This document shows positions 23,335 to 36,899 of a stretch of DNA of 64,000 nucleotides, piece after piece. The DNA comes from Amphiscolops sp. MND2022 (taxonomy: Eukaryota), in contig OZ076409.1 of the NCBI GenBank assembly GCA_964187785.1, positions 4,032,001-4,096,000 of the forward strand, in the 5' to 3' direction. Made by a program: the position numbers and the translations under genes. The notes below the pieces were generated by a model. It made no database searches and had not been told where the DNA came from. It saw only the letters and a program-made list of their open reading frames with translations. Every line of letters starts with the position of its first letter. Positions within the stretch are counted from its first letter, which is position 1.

Positions 23335-24811
23335 AGAGGAACGGACGATAGACTCATTTCAACAAACTCTCTAAAACTCTGATGAACCCGTTTTATATGA
23401 TGTCTTAAAACTCAATGTTGTTTAGTCTCGAAAGTCATGTAAATATGATATTTATAATATGGTTGTTGTGAATGGACCTTCATCATAGTGCTAACATACC
23501 TTCATTGCTTCATTGGGAACCCTTGTTTTAATCATACAATGAGTTATCTCATTATCTAATCATATATTCTAAAGGTCCTAATGCATCTAAATTCGTCATC
23601 AGATAGTAATCTACTCCTTAGCATAGTACAATTATGCGGTACTATGCGGATCGAAGTGTGACGTAAACTCGTCATTATGCGTTTTTACTAGTATCATTAT
23701 GCGGCATTATACGTTTCAAGGTGTAACGAGTATGCGGCATTATACGTTTTCCATAAAAACATTATACGGCATCCTGCGGAACTAGTAGTGACGCATACTC
23801 GTCATTATGCGTTTCTCGCAAGACTTGTTAAATAAATCCAGCACGTGTTATAATGCTATCTAGAAGTCAATTCAATTACAAATGAAGGCCATTTTAAGAG
23901 ATTCCCAGGGTTCATTAGTTTTTTTTCCCAATCATACTTTTATGATGTCATGTAGATGTGCTATTTTTATAATATAACGTCATTGGACGTAATTCTATTT
24001 TTGTCTCGACTTCATACAATGACTCCCATAAAAAGGAGTGTCATGATTTTTGGATTTTGTTCTGAGTTTTCAATCAGAGAGATTCATTAAGAATCCAACC
24101 CTCATCAAGTGCAGTTACTTTCTCAAATAACTGTAAAACTTTGATTTCGTCACTGTAAAACTTCAACTTTGCTTCTCTTTTGGGATACAAGATTAATTCA
24201 AATTCTTCCCCAAAAGCCAGAAAACATTTTCACCTGAGACAACATGGGAAATAAAAGAAGCCGAAGGTCTAGAAGACTTGAGACACCGTCCCCAGACAGA
24301 GAAGTAGAGGTAACACAAATAGAAACCCCTAAAACAGGTAATGAAGCTTTAATTGATCTTAGTAATGTTGCCCAAGGGAATTTAGGTGAAATTAGCTCCG
24401 AAAACCAGTTAACTGAACCTAGTCAAATAAGTAATGAGATGCAAGTTTGGACCCAAATCATGGAACAAAAGAACAACGATAGGATTGAAAAGATGAGAGA
24501 AGAAATGGAAAACAAACTTGAGGCCATTCTAAAGGAAATAAAGTCCAATAAAAGTGCATCCACAGTAACTAATCCTAGGTCGGATATAAACGAAATGCGA
24601 GAAAATCAACCATCGGGATCCAAATCGAGTAAATCTATAGGAGTTCATGCATCCAATAACGAAAACTCTGATTCCGAGAACGACGACTATCCTCTTAGAG
24701 CATCTAAAATGAAGGACTTGAAACATCCTGCTAAGCCCTTCTTTGAAACTGAAACAGACTTAGATCAAACAATACTCTCAAATGGAGAGTCTGTACAAGA
24801 GGATTATCACA
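23291..24811 (+). repeat. E2 3' LTR, containing an intact copy of the gag N-terminus (24244-24811)
   Basis: Direct repeat of 8876-10396, followed by TSD TAACC. Confidence 0.97.
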
Positions 24812-24826
24812 TAACCCTAATAAATT

Positions 24827-24948
24827 CTAGTCACCATGGGGCAGTTGTTAGTGCGTTTGCCTGGCAGACACGAGATTGTGGATTCGAACCCGTGCTGATG
24901 CGTTACATTTTAGCGGAAAGTATCCCGGTGCTTAGCGGGCGTCTTGTT
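24827..24948 (+). mobile_element. tRNA-derived SINE-like repeat, copy 1
   Basis: A-box-like TGGGGCAGTTGT and B-box-like GATTCGAACCC; aligns end to end with 46388-46510. Confidence 0.75.
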
Positions 24949-26496
24949 GTACCTTGGATGTACATTAATGGGTGAAGCAAAGGAAAAACGGAACACATAG
25001 CATATGCTCTGCGATCTAGCTCTTAACGTTTCAAGAATTTGGCAACAATTGCCAATCAAGATAACTCTGAGCATTGCAAGTCAGCTCGTCAGTCCGTCAG
25101 TTTGGTAACTGTTCTTCGAAACAAAACGAACCTTTCACATATCAAAAGATTGAACGAGATGACTGGTAAAAACGTCAAGACTTTTTCTCAAAGGTTCGGA
25201 TTATTCTTTGTTTGAGATTTATTAACGCATTGAGAAGATGATTGAAGGAAAAGTGAAAACTTATCAGTTTCTTGTTTTCAAATATTAGGAACTTGAACCT
25301 TGAATATTTTGTGAAATAATTAAAATACGTGAAAGCTTTGGAAAGTAACACGTGCTTATTTCTTCAGTCTGCATACCAAGTGCAGTTAATACGTATTATT
25401 ACTGAAAAGTTGAATTTCAGCGTTCTAAGTTGTTAGGAATTGTTTGCTGACAATAACCGGTCGTTTTGATATACAAAGATTTTCATGCGTTCTTTTTTCT
25501 TGGTTTGCCTAGTATGCTTCGCCTTTTTGTGAGATACAAAAGTTTTCAAAACGAACTAATAAAACCTTAGAATTTTGTTACTTGTGGAACGTGTTCATGA
25601 GAACTACAGCAGAATTTTACCTGCAAGCTGTAAACGAAATCGAATTCCACCTGAAGTTTACATTGCAGGTTTTCACGTTACAATTTTCTCCACAAATTTA
25701 TACACTCAATTCCCGTTTATCAACCAGGTTGTATATTGGATATCATTTGAAACACAACTATTTTTTCTTGTTTTAACATTTCATTGAAATCGTCGAAAAT
25801 TAACAAACTCCCTGTATCCAATATGGTTGTCTGAGTTCTCAATACATCTTTGGACGGTCATCGGCAGAGCTTGAAATTTTTTTCGGAAAAGTTTTGGTGT
25901 AAGGTCAACAAGGAATAAATAATGGTGGGACGCGATTGCAGCTCTTTTGCTAGGTTTTTCAAAATATGGATATTTTTTCAGTTACTGTTGTGTTGAGACC
26001 AAGAACACAAAACTTTCAATAACGCGTAATACAACAGGTCGAAGGGCTGCATCACAGTTCGAAAAGACATCACTTTGAATTTTCAAAACCTTTGAAAATA
26101 GAACGCTTACCTTTTTTCGAGAATAAATATTCAGACAGAAGCAATCAGAAAAGAATGAGCGTGAGTAACATTGATTGCGTCGAAGTCATTTGAGTTGGAA
26201 GTCAATGTTGAGTCATCGAAATTTAGTTCAGTGGTTCGGGGAATATTCAAGATCCACTCCTGGTAAATCCCAAGCAGCGAACTCTCGAGAAAAAACATAG
26301 TTTATTAGAGTCACTTGATCAATATTACTTTTACTCTAAAGAAAACTTAACTACTGTTATGTTTCGTCTTTTGATTCCCCGCTGAATCATTCCTTCAATA
26401 CGTCCAGAAGATTTGGGAGTTATCCTTAACCACTGTCTATGAACTGTAGTTATGGGATCTTCGGATAAGCAGAGCAAATAGTGCGTGGCTACCCTA

Positions 26497-27454
26497 CCCA
26501 GGTTGACCTCCATACTCAGAAATGGTGAATCATACTATGTCATAGCATGATCATGGTAGAAAATGATCATCATAATATGGTCATAGTATGGTCATATTAT
26601 GACTAGCATGGCAATGATAATGGTCATAGTATGTGTGACCATGTTTGAAAATTTTCAAAAATTCGAAGTCCCCTAGCGGAAAAAATTGAAATTTGAAATA
26701 CATCAAAACCTGACTCATTGGCTTGTTCTTTCGTTTTGGAAGATCTAGGGCTACCTTAATGGCCGGGGATATTATTCTCAAAATAAAGGCGAAATTGTGC
26801 ACAATAGATACTCTTCGTTGTTCTTAAGTTTTCGTTTTTAGATCAAATTGACCCAGATTTTAGATCTGATTCCTATTTCAGTTGCTGATTTCCATAATTT
26901 TGCAGCTATTTTTCACAATTTCAGATTTTATTCACCATTTAGAGACGAAATTATGCATGAATTTAGATACTCTTCGCTGTCTTCAGAGTTTTCGTTTTTA
27001 GTTTCAATTTGATTAAGGATCAAGATCTAATTTCTATTTCAATAGCTGATTTCCATAATTTAGTTCCTATTTTGCACAAGTTTTAGAGCCAACGGAGGCC
27101 ACGTTCTCGTCATGGGTCTCGTCAAGTGGGATACTGTGTATCTCACGAGCTGAGTGCCTCCCTAAAAATACAACATAAAGACTGGTAACCAATTTGTGAA
27201 CTTTGTTTATAGGAGGTTGCCATGTCCGACAACTCGATTTTCAATCTAGAATACATCGTTCCTCATACTATGGTCATGCTATGTTCATATTATGAAACAT
27301 GATGGATCATACTATGAAACATGATGACCATAGTATGATCATACTTTGAAACATGGTCGCCATGGTACGGTCTTGGCATGATGATGGAATTATCATGATC
27401 ATAGTATGATCATACTATGATCATAGCATGGTAAGTATGTTTGGTCAACCTGGG
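26497..27454. mobile_element. Non-autonomous TIR element (CCCAGGTTGACC...GGTCAACCTGGG) flanked by TA
   Basis: Perfect 12-bp TIR, TA on both sides, subterminal CATGAT/ATCATACTATG repeats, internal ~120-bp duplication. Confidence 0.85.
27085..27161 (+). ncRNA. HDV-like ribozyme-shaped motif, copy with degenerate P1
   Basis: P2 GGAGGC/GCCTCC, P3-L3 CAC-GTTCTCGTC-ATG, P4 GTGGGATAC/GTATCTCAC, CTGA; homologous to 47883-47959. Confidence 0.45.
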
Positions 27455-30400
27455 TAGTCTAAAATGCTAGAATCTGTTCCTTTTTTTCATAGTTATATTC
27501 GACTTTATTAGGTTTTTGGGAGTTGCTTAGTGAAGTTCTCAAAATCAATATTTTCATTTTGCATCACCATGTCTTCAGGTAGAACTTCGGGTTTCTCTAC
27601 AAATCAGTGGTTGTCAAGATCAACATCAACTGAACCAAAAGCAAATTACTTCCGAACACGTGCAGATTTTCTTCGACAAGGCGGCATGGGCTTTTTCGTC
27701 AGCACTGACAGTTAACTATGACGTAAAAAAGTGTGACCGAGTGCCAGCGTGGCATACAAATTGTAATAATGGACTTTATTTCTTCAATACTTTTGTGCCC
27801 GCAAAGTTTTGAAATGAAATCAATTTTGGTGTTTGAGCAAAAAACAACTTTTTGTCGAACTTGTATGCATTTTTTGGCACTATTTTACGGGCGGAATATT
27901 AGATTCAACTCTTTTGATTGGTTGAAACATCATTGGTTTCCGAAGCATTTTCAACTCCAAAGCTCGTAACCAAATCTGAAGAAAAAATACTAGAGGCATT
28001 TCTGAACTCTTTATGAAAATTCTAACTCGATACATTTTTTACAGAGAAACAGACAAGTCAACTAATCTTATTTGTTTTTGGATGTACTTTCATGGGAATC
28101 CTAACTTCAGTCCAACTTTCACTGCCACTGTACATTAAACCTGATTTAATGCTATGACCTTCAACTTATTGGAATAATGGGATAATCAAAAGTTCAAGAT
28201 ACTTTATGTAGCGATGAAAGCGATAAGTCTTCTTTTTACTTTTTACTTTTTGCTTCGAAGAAAAATGTAGACAAAATGTGGCCTCAGTTGAACTACATTT
28301 GCAATAGGTTCCACATATTAAGTTACCAAGAATGTGTTCCAAAATAGTATGAATGGTGGTTGCGGCTCTCCACTTGAAGGCCCGAATACGTGATAACGTC
28401 TAAAATATGTTTTGTTCGTTCATCACAAGAAGAAACAAACAAACTCTAAAAAAGTCGTCTTTCTAGCGAAAAAACAATATCTAAGAAAATTGTAATTCGA
28501 AGAATTGAACGAACCGACTGCTGAAGTACAGCTTCTCGGACATGCTTGCTAAAGTTTGAGAGCAAATTCTCGATAAAGGATGAAGTAAAAAATATAAGTC
28601 AGGGAGAAGTTCCACATCCAATTCTCAGTCGCTCCGGTTGAACTATTTGTGACGATTGCTTTGTCCTGATTTGTATTCAACAATCGTAAAGTTGAGAAAC
28701 TATATGTTCCCGATTAGCCAGCTATGGGGGTTTTCTGGCAACTTGTAGTTGAATATCTACCGGCTGGTAAGCTGTTCTAGCTAAAGGTTCGGGCATTTGA
28801 AAGGTGTTCCTGGTCTTTCGGATTTGTGAAGCTAGGAAGTAGACGTTTTAGTTGAGAAAGTTTCAAAAAAGTGAAAATCTGTGAACTTTCATGTCTTTTA
28901 CAGCTTTCAAAACTCAAGTCGAAACTTTGAACTTTCAAATTAAACAAAAAGTGCATTCAATTTGAACTTCAGCTGAAAAGTAAAATCAATTTTAATTTCG
29001 GAAGTGCAATATGAACAGAGTGAATAAAAACCAACGGAGGTGAATTCAATTTCAACATTGTAAATTCGATTTGAATGTCTACATTACCCTTCACTATCGT
29101 CTCCTGCTAGCCATCGGGGGTTGTAGGACATTGTGTGGTTGTACCATCCAATGCATTCAGTCTCGGTAATTTCACAAGCTGTGGCTTCTATTATAGACTG
29201 GTTTTTCGGTATATGAGCTCGAAATAGTGAACTCAGGGTACGAAGTTTCAGAGGAAGAAAAAGAGTTTTTTCCAGGAACTCCAGTGCTTTGCTAACAATT
29301 TCTTTGTCAATTTTTTTGAAAGTACCTCCTTTGGCTAGTGTGAAGTCACGTCCGGTTTTTACAATATTGTACGCGGTGCCTGCTAAAGTACTTTGTTTTT
29401 GTTAGGGAACTTATCGGATCTTAGGCAGATTATTTTAGAGAGACAGTACTTTAACGAGTTGCTTACAGAGCTGCAGTGTTAGGTCTAAAGAGAAGACAAC
29501 TTTATGGTGAAGAGTTAATTTCGTTTGTCGAGATATAAATCAGATTGGTGCTTTACAGTATTGTTTATGGTAGTGAATACACATTAGATATAGCTTGATT
29601 ACATTAATATTCAAGGAACATAATTCTAGTCTAGACATCAAGCAAGGAGGGTGAGGGTGAATGATCGAATATAGAATTATAGGTTTATAATCCGACCGGG
29701 TTTTGAAAAAATTGAAATCATTTCCACAACAAAGTAGGTTGGCATGAGATGGGTTGGTCAGGTATAGAAATGTGTATTAGAGGTTTGTTTGAATCGGTTG
29801 AGGTCGTTTTACAGTTTCTAGGAGGGTTGGTTTTAAGGTGTATAGGATTGAAAGAAAGTGTGAGAATATGAATTATTCATTGTTGATTTTATATTTGTTT
29901 AAGTTTGTCATCAAGTTGGTGTGTATCCAATAATATATTATTCTTTCCTTACGTGGGGTTCTGGCGACTATGCAATTTTTAGCTTGAGTCCAGTTAAAAG
30001 GAACGAAATTAGGTTTCCACTTTCATATTGAGTTGGAGTGAGGTTTTTTGATATGTAAAAATTTCGAAGTGATATGTAAAATCATAATTATTCCACTTTG
30101 ATACCTATCAAAGTGGAATGATTATAGTTTTACATATCTTTTTGAAATTAATGCATATGAGTTTTATGGAACTTTGGTCAACTTTTTAGCTATGTGGTCA
30201 ACTTTTTAGCTATATTCCGTGGGGGTCTTGAAAATTTGAAAATAGGAGATAATGATTGACAAGTAAAGGCGTGATGAGAGAAAGCAAAGAGTGGCGTGAA
30301 AAGAGCAGAATGCGAAAAAGGACGACCTTGTTGACAAACATGAAGTTTTTGAAAGACGAAGTTTCTTAGTTTTCAGTTCAACGTAAGCATTTATCTTATG

Positions 30401-31322
30401 CGCCTCTTCGTGAAAAACAAAAATAATTTATCTTGAAACGCTTCTGTGGCAAGACGGCGGACTGAACAAAGTCGAAAAATTTCAAAAACAAGTCAATAAT
30501 TAGTCAACATGTGTTCATAATTTGATCACGTGAAGCTGTTAAAGAGTGAAAACGTTACTGATTCAGAAGATTCCATTGAAATTGTCAATTGCCAGAAAAA
30601 CAAACGCAGAGGTGAATAACTTTTAATATGTGAACTAGGCGAAGTGGAAGAGAGATTAAAATTCAGGTAAAACCGAATGTATTGAGGTGTTGAGGTAAAA
30701 TAGTTTGAAGAATTAGGTAAAATTGGGAGTTGTGTTTTTAAAAAATGTTGTAAAAAGGAGGTAAGTTTGAAAAAAAATTAGTATGAGCACCACAAGTGCA
30801 GTTAAAGGAGATTGCATTGATCATGCTAGGATAAAAACAAAACAGAAAAACATACATTGTGTAGAATCCAAATTATAGGGGTAGGAAGTTGAAAAATAGA
30901 ATGCCAAAAAAACAAATTTTAGGATTGTTCTGCATTTTTCTGGTGAGTATCGAATCGCTCGCGGGTCACTTGGAACTGCTCATTGTGTTTTGAAACATAT
31001 TTTTGTAATGATCGTGATTACATAATAATTAGGTGTATCTTGGAAGGTATACAATAAGTGTTTATAATCTGTGTAAAGTTTCAAATCTTTTATGTACACG
31101 TGTTTCAACAATGATTGAGTTGAATAAAGTGGGTAGAAAACAGTGAAAGTTATACCCGATTCACACTTTGATTGTTTTTCCCTTTGAATTCCAGTGACAA
31201 TTTGTGCCAGGTTAAAGTGTAAAATCGTTAATTTCCGTCTACAAGGGTGAAGTGAAAACCAGTCAAAGTACGTAATTGTATAAAGTGTGAGGCAGTGACT
31301 TACTGAATTTTGATCCATTTGT

Positions 31323-33800
31323 GTAACGCCCTAATCGCACAGTTTAAGGAGCAAAACACGTAATGCGTATTCAAAACTCTACAGGGTTTTTAATGGCTGT
31401 TGATCGAAATAGCAAGACTTCGCTAATTCGTTGCGTTATATGTATTGTGAAGCAAACAATTACTCAAAATCAAACACAATCTCCTACCAATGCTATTTCA
31501 TCCTCCACACGGTTCGTTAATCTATGTATTTTCAAACCCCTGAAGACAAATCCCTAGCTTCAAAAAAGGACTACTCTTTCTCTCAATTTGAGGTGGTTCT
31601 CCTTCAATCTCTTTTTCAAACATACCACCTTTACGATACCAGCGGATCATATCCTCAAATGTTCAAAAATTCCATCATACAATACACTTTTTAGGATACC
31701 AACAATTGCTAACAACGCCAAAGTCCCATTTTCACTTAATATATCTCTAACAATACACAGTTCCATACATGGAAATACCCGAACCCTAATCACTCCTAAT
31801 CACTACACCTTTGTACATTTACAATTTACAACAAATTTCATTATCTACAGCCAGATGTAATTACACCCTATTGTACACTTACAACGTGCTCATCATCTCA
31901 AAATCTTCAATTACCATCTCAATTTGTATTACAGATGACTCACTCCTTGTACCACTTGGTACTCCCTTTGATTCTTGCCATCGTTTTGACGGTTTGAATC
32001 AGACGTATCTTTCTGAAAACTTGCTTGCTCACCTTAGAGCTCGAGAAACTTTCCAACTCGGACCTCAACCTGTAGATTTTCAATTCAACAACAAGACACT
32101 CTAGACGTATGTCAATCCTATTTTGCTCTCTCACAGGTAGTGCCTAGAATTGATATGACCGTTGGCCATAAATCTATTGAAATGCGTGGTCATCCTATAT
32201 TCAATTATTCTCAAAACTGGTAAAGCAATCAATGAAAACTAACGTCAATACGCAATGAGAGTAATAAGAAATTCTTGGTAAACAAGGATGGTACAATGAG
32301 TGTTCATCCACTATTAGTCTCAAATACAATGAAATCTTTAGTTTGCAAATTAACGCTTGTCAAACAATAATCAAAATCGCTTGAATCAGACAGTCCATTC
32401 CAGTCTCTTGTTAATATAAATGCTATCGAAGATATCACGTTTGAGAAAATTAAAGTTCAAGAAATCTCTCTCGAAATTAACAACCTTTCCGATGAAATAC
32501 AAACAAACGCCTCTGGTACCAAAAATCCATCTGATTCTTCCCAAGCCGATGTTGTAGATCCAAAAACTAAATCCACATCGTAATTTAGAAAAATTTTGCA
32601 ATTGTTGTCTCGAAAATAATCACAGTGTATGCCCTAGTATTCGCCGCCTCAAAATGCTCAAAAGTATAAACCTCAAACTAAGTCACCAACACCTCATTAA
32701 AATCCTCCCTCATCACTATCGCTATCGTCGTAGACACTTTAGTGACCCTTATCTAACTTCTTCTCGGAATTACCCATACTCACCAGCCACTTTCTTGTTC
32801 AAATTCTCATCATAGGTATTACGACAAATCCAAATCAGATTACCACTCTCGTAATTCGTGCGCAAAAATGCTCAATATGATCAATCTTACAGAAAACCTC
32901 AATTACACAAAACAAGTAAGTCATTGATTTGACAGTTTTGATTAAACTACCGATCTTGATGAACTTTTCAAGGAACCTAAATATTCTCTACAAAGAGTTG
33001 CAAAATTTTGCTATCGCAAATACTTCAAAACCCCTTTTACAAAAAAGTAGATACCTCCTAAACGGTTTAGTCGCAATTTAATTCCAACTAAATGACAACA
33101 ACAAAGTGGAAGTTTGTTTCATTTGACTCCCGTGTCCTAACACACACGAACAAGAACTTTCAAACTTTGACTGCAAACTATGTGCTTGAATGCTTGTCCT
33201 CGCCACATCACCAGGTTTTACCTCATAATTGTTGGTTAAAAGTTCCCAAAAGCGATTTTTACTGATCGCAACCCAAATTTCTTTCACAAGAAAAGAGAAT
33301 GTGAAGGTCAATTGTTTTAACCCAATTCTCAAACCTTCGAACTGTACCTTCTGCTGCTACCATCAAAGTTGTTGGTCACATGCTTAGTCGGAGTTTCGCC
33401 ACCGCTACAAACAAAACCTACCGATTACAACATGAAATTTTCCAACCATAAATTGAATCATTACAAAACCAAATAACTCATAAAAAGAACTTCAGTGTTT
33501 GGTAAAACATAAAGAAGTATTACCCACACAAAAAATGAGCCATACCATTTCCTTGATCATTATGGTGACAACCAATTCACACTTCGAAAGCAGAACCAAG
33601 GTAACGCTATTATGTATACCGATTGGATTCTTTATCCTTTTCAGTCCGTTTCAGCCTTCCCAATAAAATATAAGAAAAGTGTCAAAATGTCAAAATCAAA
33701 ACACACTCAGAAAAACTCTTTCCCATTTAGAACAGACATCGAAGAAAGCAGATCTTGATCATGAAACTTTGTTTGACAGTCGCCCGGACACTTTTCATTC
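31323..33800 (+). mobile_element. Heavily decayed LTR-retrotransposon remnant (gag/RNase H-like traces); boundaries approximate
   Basis: TGTAAC LTR-like start, A/C-rich strand bias, Arg/Ser-rich gag-like stretch, RNase H-like HMLSR remnant near 33380; no long ORF. Confidence 0.4.
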
Positions 33801-36800
33801 ATTTCATATATTGCATCTTTTGAAAAGTCTAGTTACATTCTGTCTAGTTACATGTTACCTTTCTGCTGGGTTTGTGTCAATTTTAACGAAAACTGGGTTT
33901 TTTCCTCACAAGTAACATCGTGCAAAGTACTCAATTAGCAACTTTGGTTACCATAACATTCGATAGCGAACCCCTGAGCTACTTTTGTTTAGTTCTCGCA
34001 AAGTTTGTGGCTTACACCACGAGCGCTTGCGCTCGTGTAAGTGTTAGGCCTTAAAAATGCCAAAAAGGCAGTTTTTTGCTAAAAATACACACAAAGTCGC
34101 TCTTTTCACATTTAAAACAGTTGCAAAAGTACACAACCAGTTACAAGAGGCTCGTAAAAACACGTGCGAAGGATCGCACAGAACATTTTGAGCAATCGAG
34201 AAATCTTTTCCTACCGAGCTCGGAGATTGTATATAACCCGGGTTGACGGGTCGTATTTTTATCTCGTTTTATCTCCTTTCCCGGGTCAACTGGGAATCAC
34301 GGATAGATTCGTTAGAAACGTAAGCAGCTGTGCTACGTTTCCACCAATGTTGATTGCTCTCGCTCGTTCCCTTGAGAAATGGGAATGGGTAGTACTGAAC
34401 ACTCAGTTCTGCTCTTTGTGTATCTCGTCCTAATCTGGTTAGCACCGACTCCAACACTCGCTCAGACGACTAGGAAAGCTGGAAAACACCAGTTAACACC
34501 GTTTACGGCCTTTTCAAGGCTCCCAAGACCAATAATGAGTGACCTGTTAATGAGACAGTAAAGATTTTTTGCAAGTACCTGTGAGAAAAATTGTGAAAAA
34601 ATCAATCAACACCAATATTTTACAAAAAACACTGTTAAACACCAGGCGTAAAAGTCTCTAAAGACACACACACGCTAAAAAGAACGACAAAAACTGTGGA
34701 TAATTGTCTCTTTCCAGGGTTGGGTCGATCTGGGTGTAACGGCTGCTTGCCCTTATTCTGCGCTTTACAAGCTTTACGCCGCCCTGATCCGTTGCTTAGT
34801 ACTGTGGACGGTTACTAAACAAATCCTGGTTTTCTTGTTTTTAAAGGACTGTATCTTTTGACTGGTGGGTCCGATGTGACCCGTAGGAATCTTCTTCAAT
34901 CCCTCTTGCACTTGTTTGGATCCGCTGTGAGAGTAGCTACTTAGTCGCTCTAACTCTAGCGAAAAGTTGTGAAGATTGAGAAGTTTATCAATTTGTCTCT
35001 TGGTCCTAAGAACAAACTTGACTATGGCTATTCAGTGGAGAAAAATCTCTATCTAAGAATGGTATACATATCGTTTAGAATTCTTCAGTAGTTATAAGTC
35101 GAAATAAGTGAGTGTAAATAAATGACATTTAAAGCATAAATTGAAGTTATTAGCAAATAAACAAACTATGTGGTGGTATTGGCGTGTTGGTTAGGTGGGC
35201 TCTAAAGAATGTTTAGACAAAGTAAATATCGATAATTGCAACAGAGTTACTTTCTAATGTGGTCCAAGGGGTAAAAAGCAATGTTTACATTTTCGGTTCA
35301 ATGACCTTGAATACCACACATGTGAGAGTTAAAGGGGGTTATAATGGGTGACCGACCTTGAAACTTGGCCGGTGTGTCCGTGTTATGTACCTGCGTATGT
35401 GTGTCAAGTTTCAAGTCTCTATAACTAACAGTCTTTGAGAAAACCCATTTGGGGTGGTTAAAGATTTGCAATGTGAGGATTTTCTTCAAATTTTCATCTG
35501 AGTTTCTATGAGTTTAAGTTCTTGTTTCTAAACCAGCATGTTCTGAATCAACTTTCTTTGCCTGCTGATGACTGGCGCCAATACTGGGCGTCAAGCACCA
35601 GAAGCCCAGCTCTTTAAGTTTCCGTAATAAAGGAAAGTACTCTGAGGCGATCCCTTTGTCGTTGCCGTAAAATGGTTGGTGTCCATGTAACGGCAAGTAT
35701 TCACCGTCACTTCCTCCGTCTGTGATGAAGTAGGAACCTACAACATGGGTATTTTCCCGGAACCGGCGCCAATATCCATATGCCCAATTTGCCTCCTATG
35801 GTAAGAAATGTTCCGTCAAAAGGCTTTTTCGCCTCGAATTAGTACTCGCCAGGCTGATCCAGTCTGTAATTGTTATCAGCAACATGATTTACGCTTTGTG
35901 TTCGGAAATACCGCTTAGATAGCCTTTAAAAACTTACACGAAAAGTGCACCAGAGGTGAATTTCTTCAAAGTACAAGAGGTTGCAAAACAGTAGCTCACG
36001 AGTTAAACATTAGACCAAAACAACATCTCGAATTACAACATAAAGAAAAAATGTAGATGGTTGTAGTTCTTATTTTTTTATTGAGCACATAAGAAGTCTT
36101 TTAAGAAGAAAAAAATTCTTAACAGCAAATTCGTCTAAGGTACCAAGTTTACTGACTAGCTAGCTATTTCCAATACCTTTGAGATCTCAGTTAGGTATTC
36201 TTTTCAGATAGAAACCGTTCTTCAGTTAAGATTTTGAATTTCGCCGAGTGGATATGTTCTACAAATTCATCAATGATTACAATTAGTTATAATGACATGC
36301 TAATTATTCAATAGCGACATCAGTATGATAGTTAGATGGGTTACTGATTATATTTCCACAAAGTATTAATTAAGTTATTTTCGAATGTAGTAATCTAGTC
36401 AACTTCAAATAACTACAAATGAAGTGACATATGTCTTTGAAAAATTGGGTGACTTTAAGATATTTGAAAGTTCTTGAGGACATGCATCATGGCGTCACAA
36501 TCAACCGGGAATTTTTGAAAATCAAAATTATGTATCTGCACGTTGGAAGTGTGAAGTTATGAAGTTTTGTTCTAGAAGCGTACCATACTTAAGGAGTGAG
36601 AACAACCTAAGATGATTTGACTTCTTACGTTAGTGACAATTCAAATTGGTGCAACTGTTTCAGTTTCTATTGACTGACAGTTGTGTTCGAGTTTTTGATT
36701 GACAACTTGTTTACTACTATGTGTTAATTTTTCAATTCTACGTATCTGCCATCGGCTTATTTGAAACAAAATGTTGTACATCAACATGAGCTATTCAGAA

Positions 36801-36899
36801 TTTAAAACTTTTCAAGTTGAAGAAAGATTCTACGAAGATGTCAATGAGTTGTGACAAATATTGGCGGGTGTTTGAACCAAAAGTGAAGAAGTTTTGAAA

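Larger units (their letters stand above)
8876..24811 (+). mobile_element. Full-length 15,936-bp Ty3/Gypsy LTR retrotransposon E2 with two accessory genes
   Basis: Two 1521-bp LTRs TGT...ACA; TSD TAACC at 8871-8875 and 24812-24816; PBS; gag-PR-RT-RH-IN. Confidence 0.97.

Noticed and set aside
24244..24975. Independent 243-aa gene
   Set aside because: It is the LTR copy of the gag N-terminus reading by chance into the flank and SINE
27085..27161. Hammerhead ribozyme on the opposite strand
   Set aside because: The core would be TTGACGA/ATGACAG rather than CTGANGA and stem III does not pair; the HDV-like reading fits better
35514..35870. Possible fibrinogen-like domain remnant on the minus strand
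   Set aside because: Only a vague resemblance (PFY..D, GFW), with stops and frame changes; not supportable without a search
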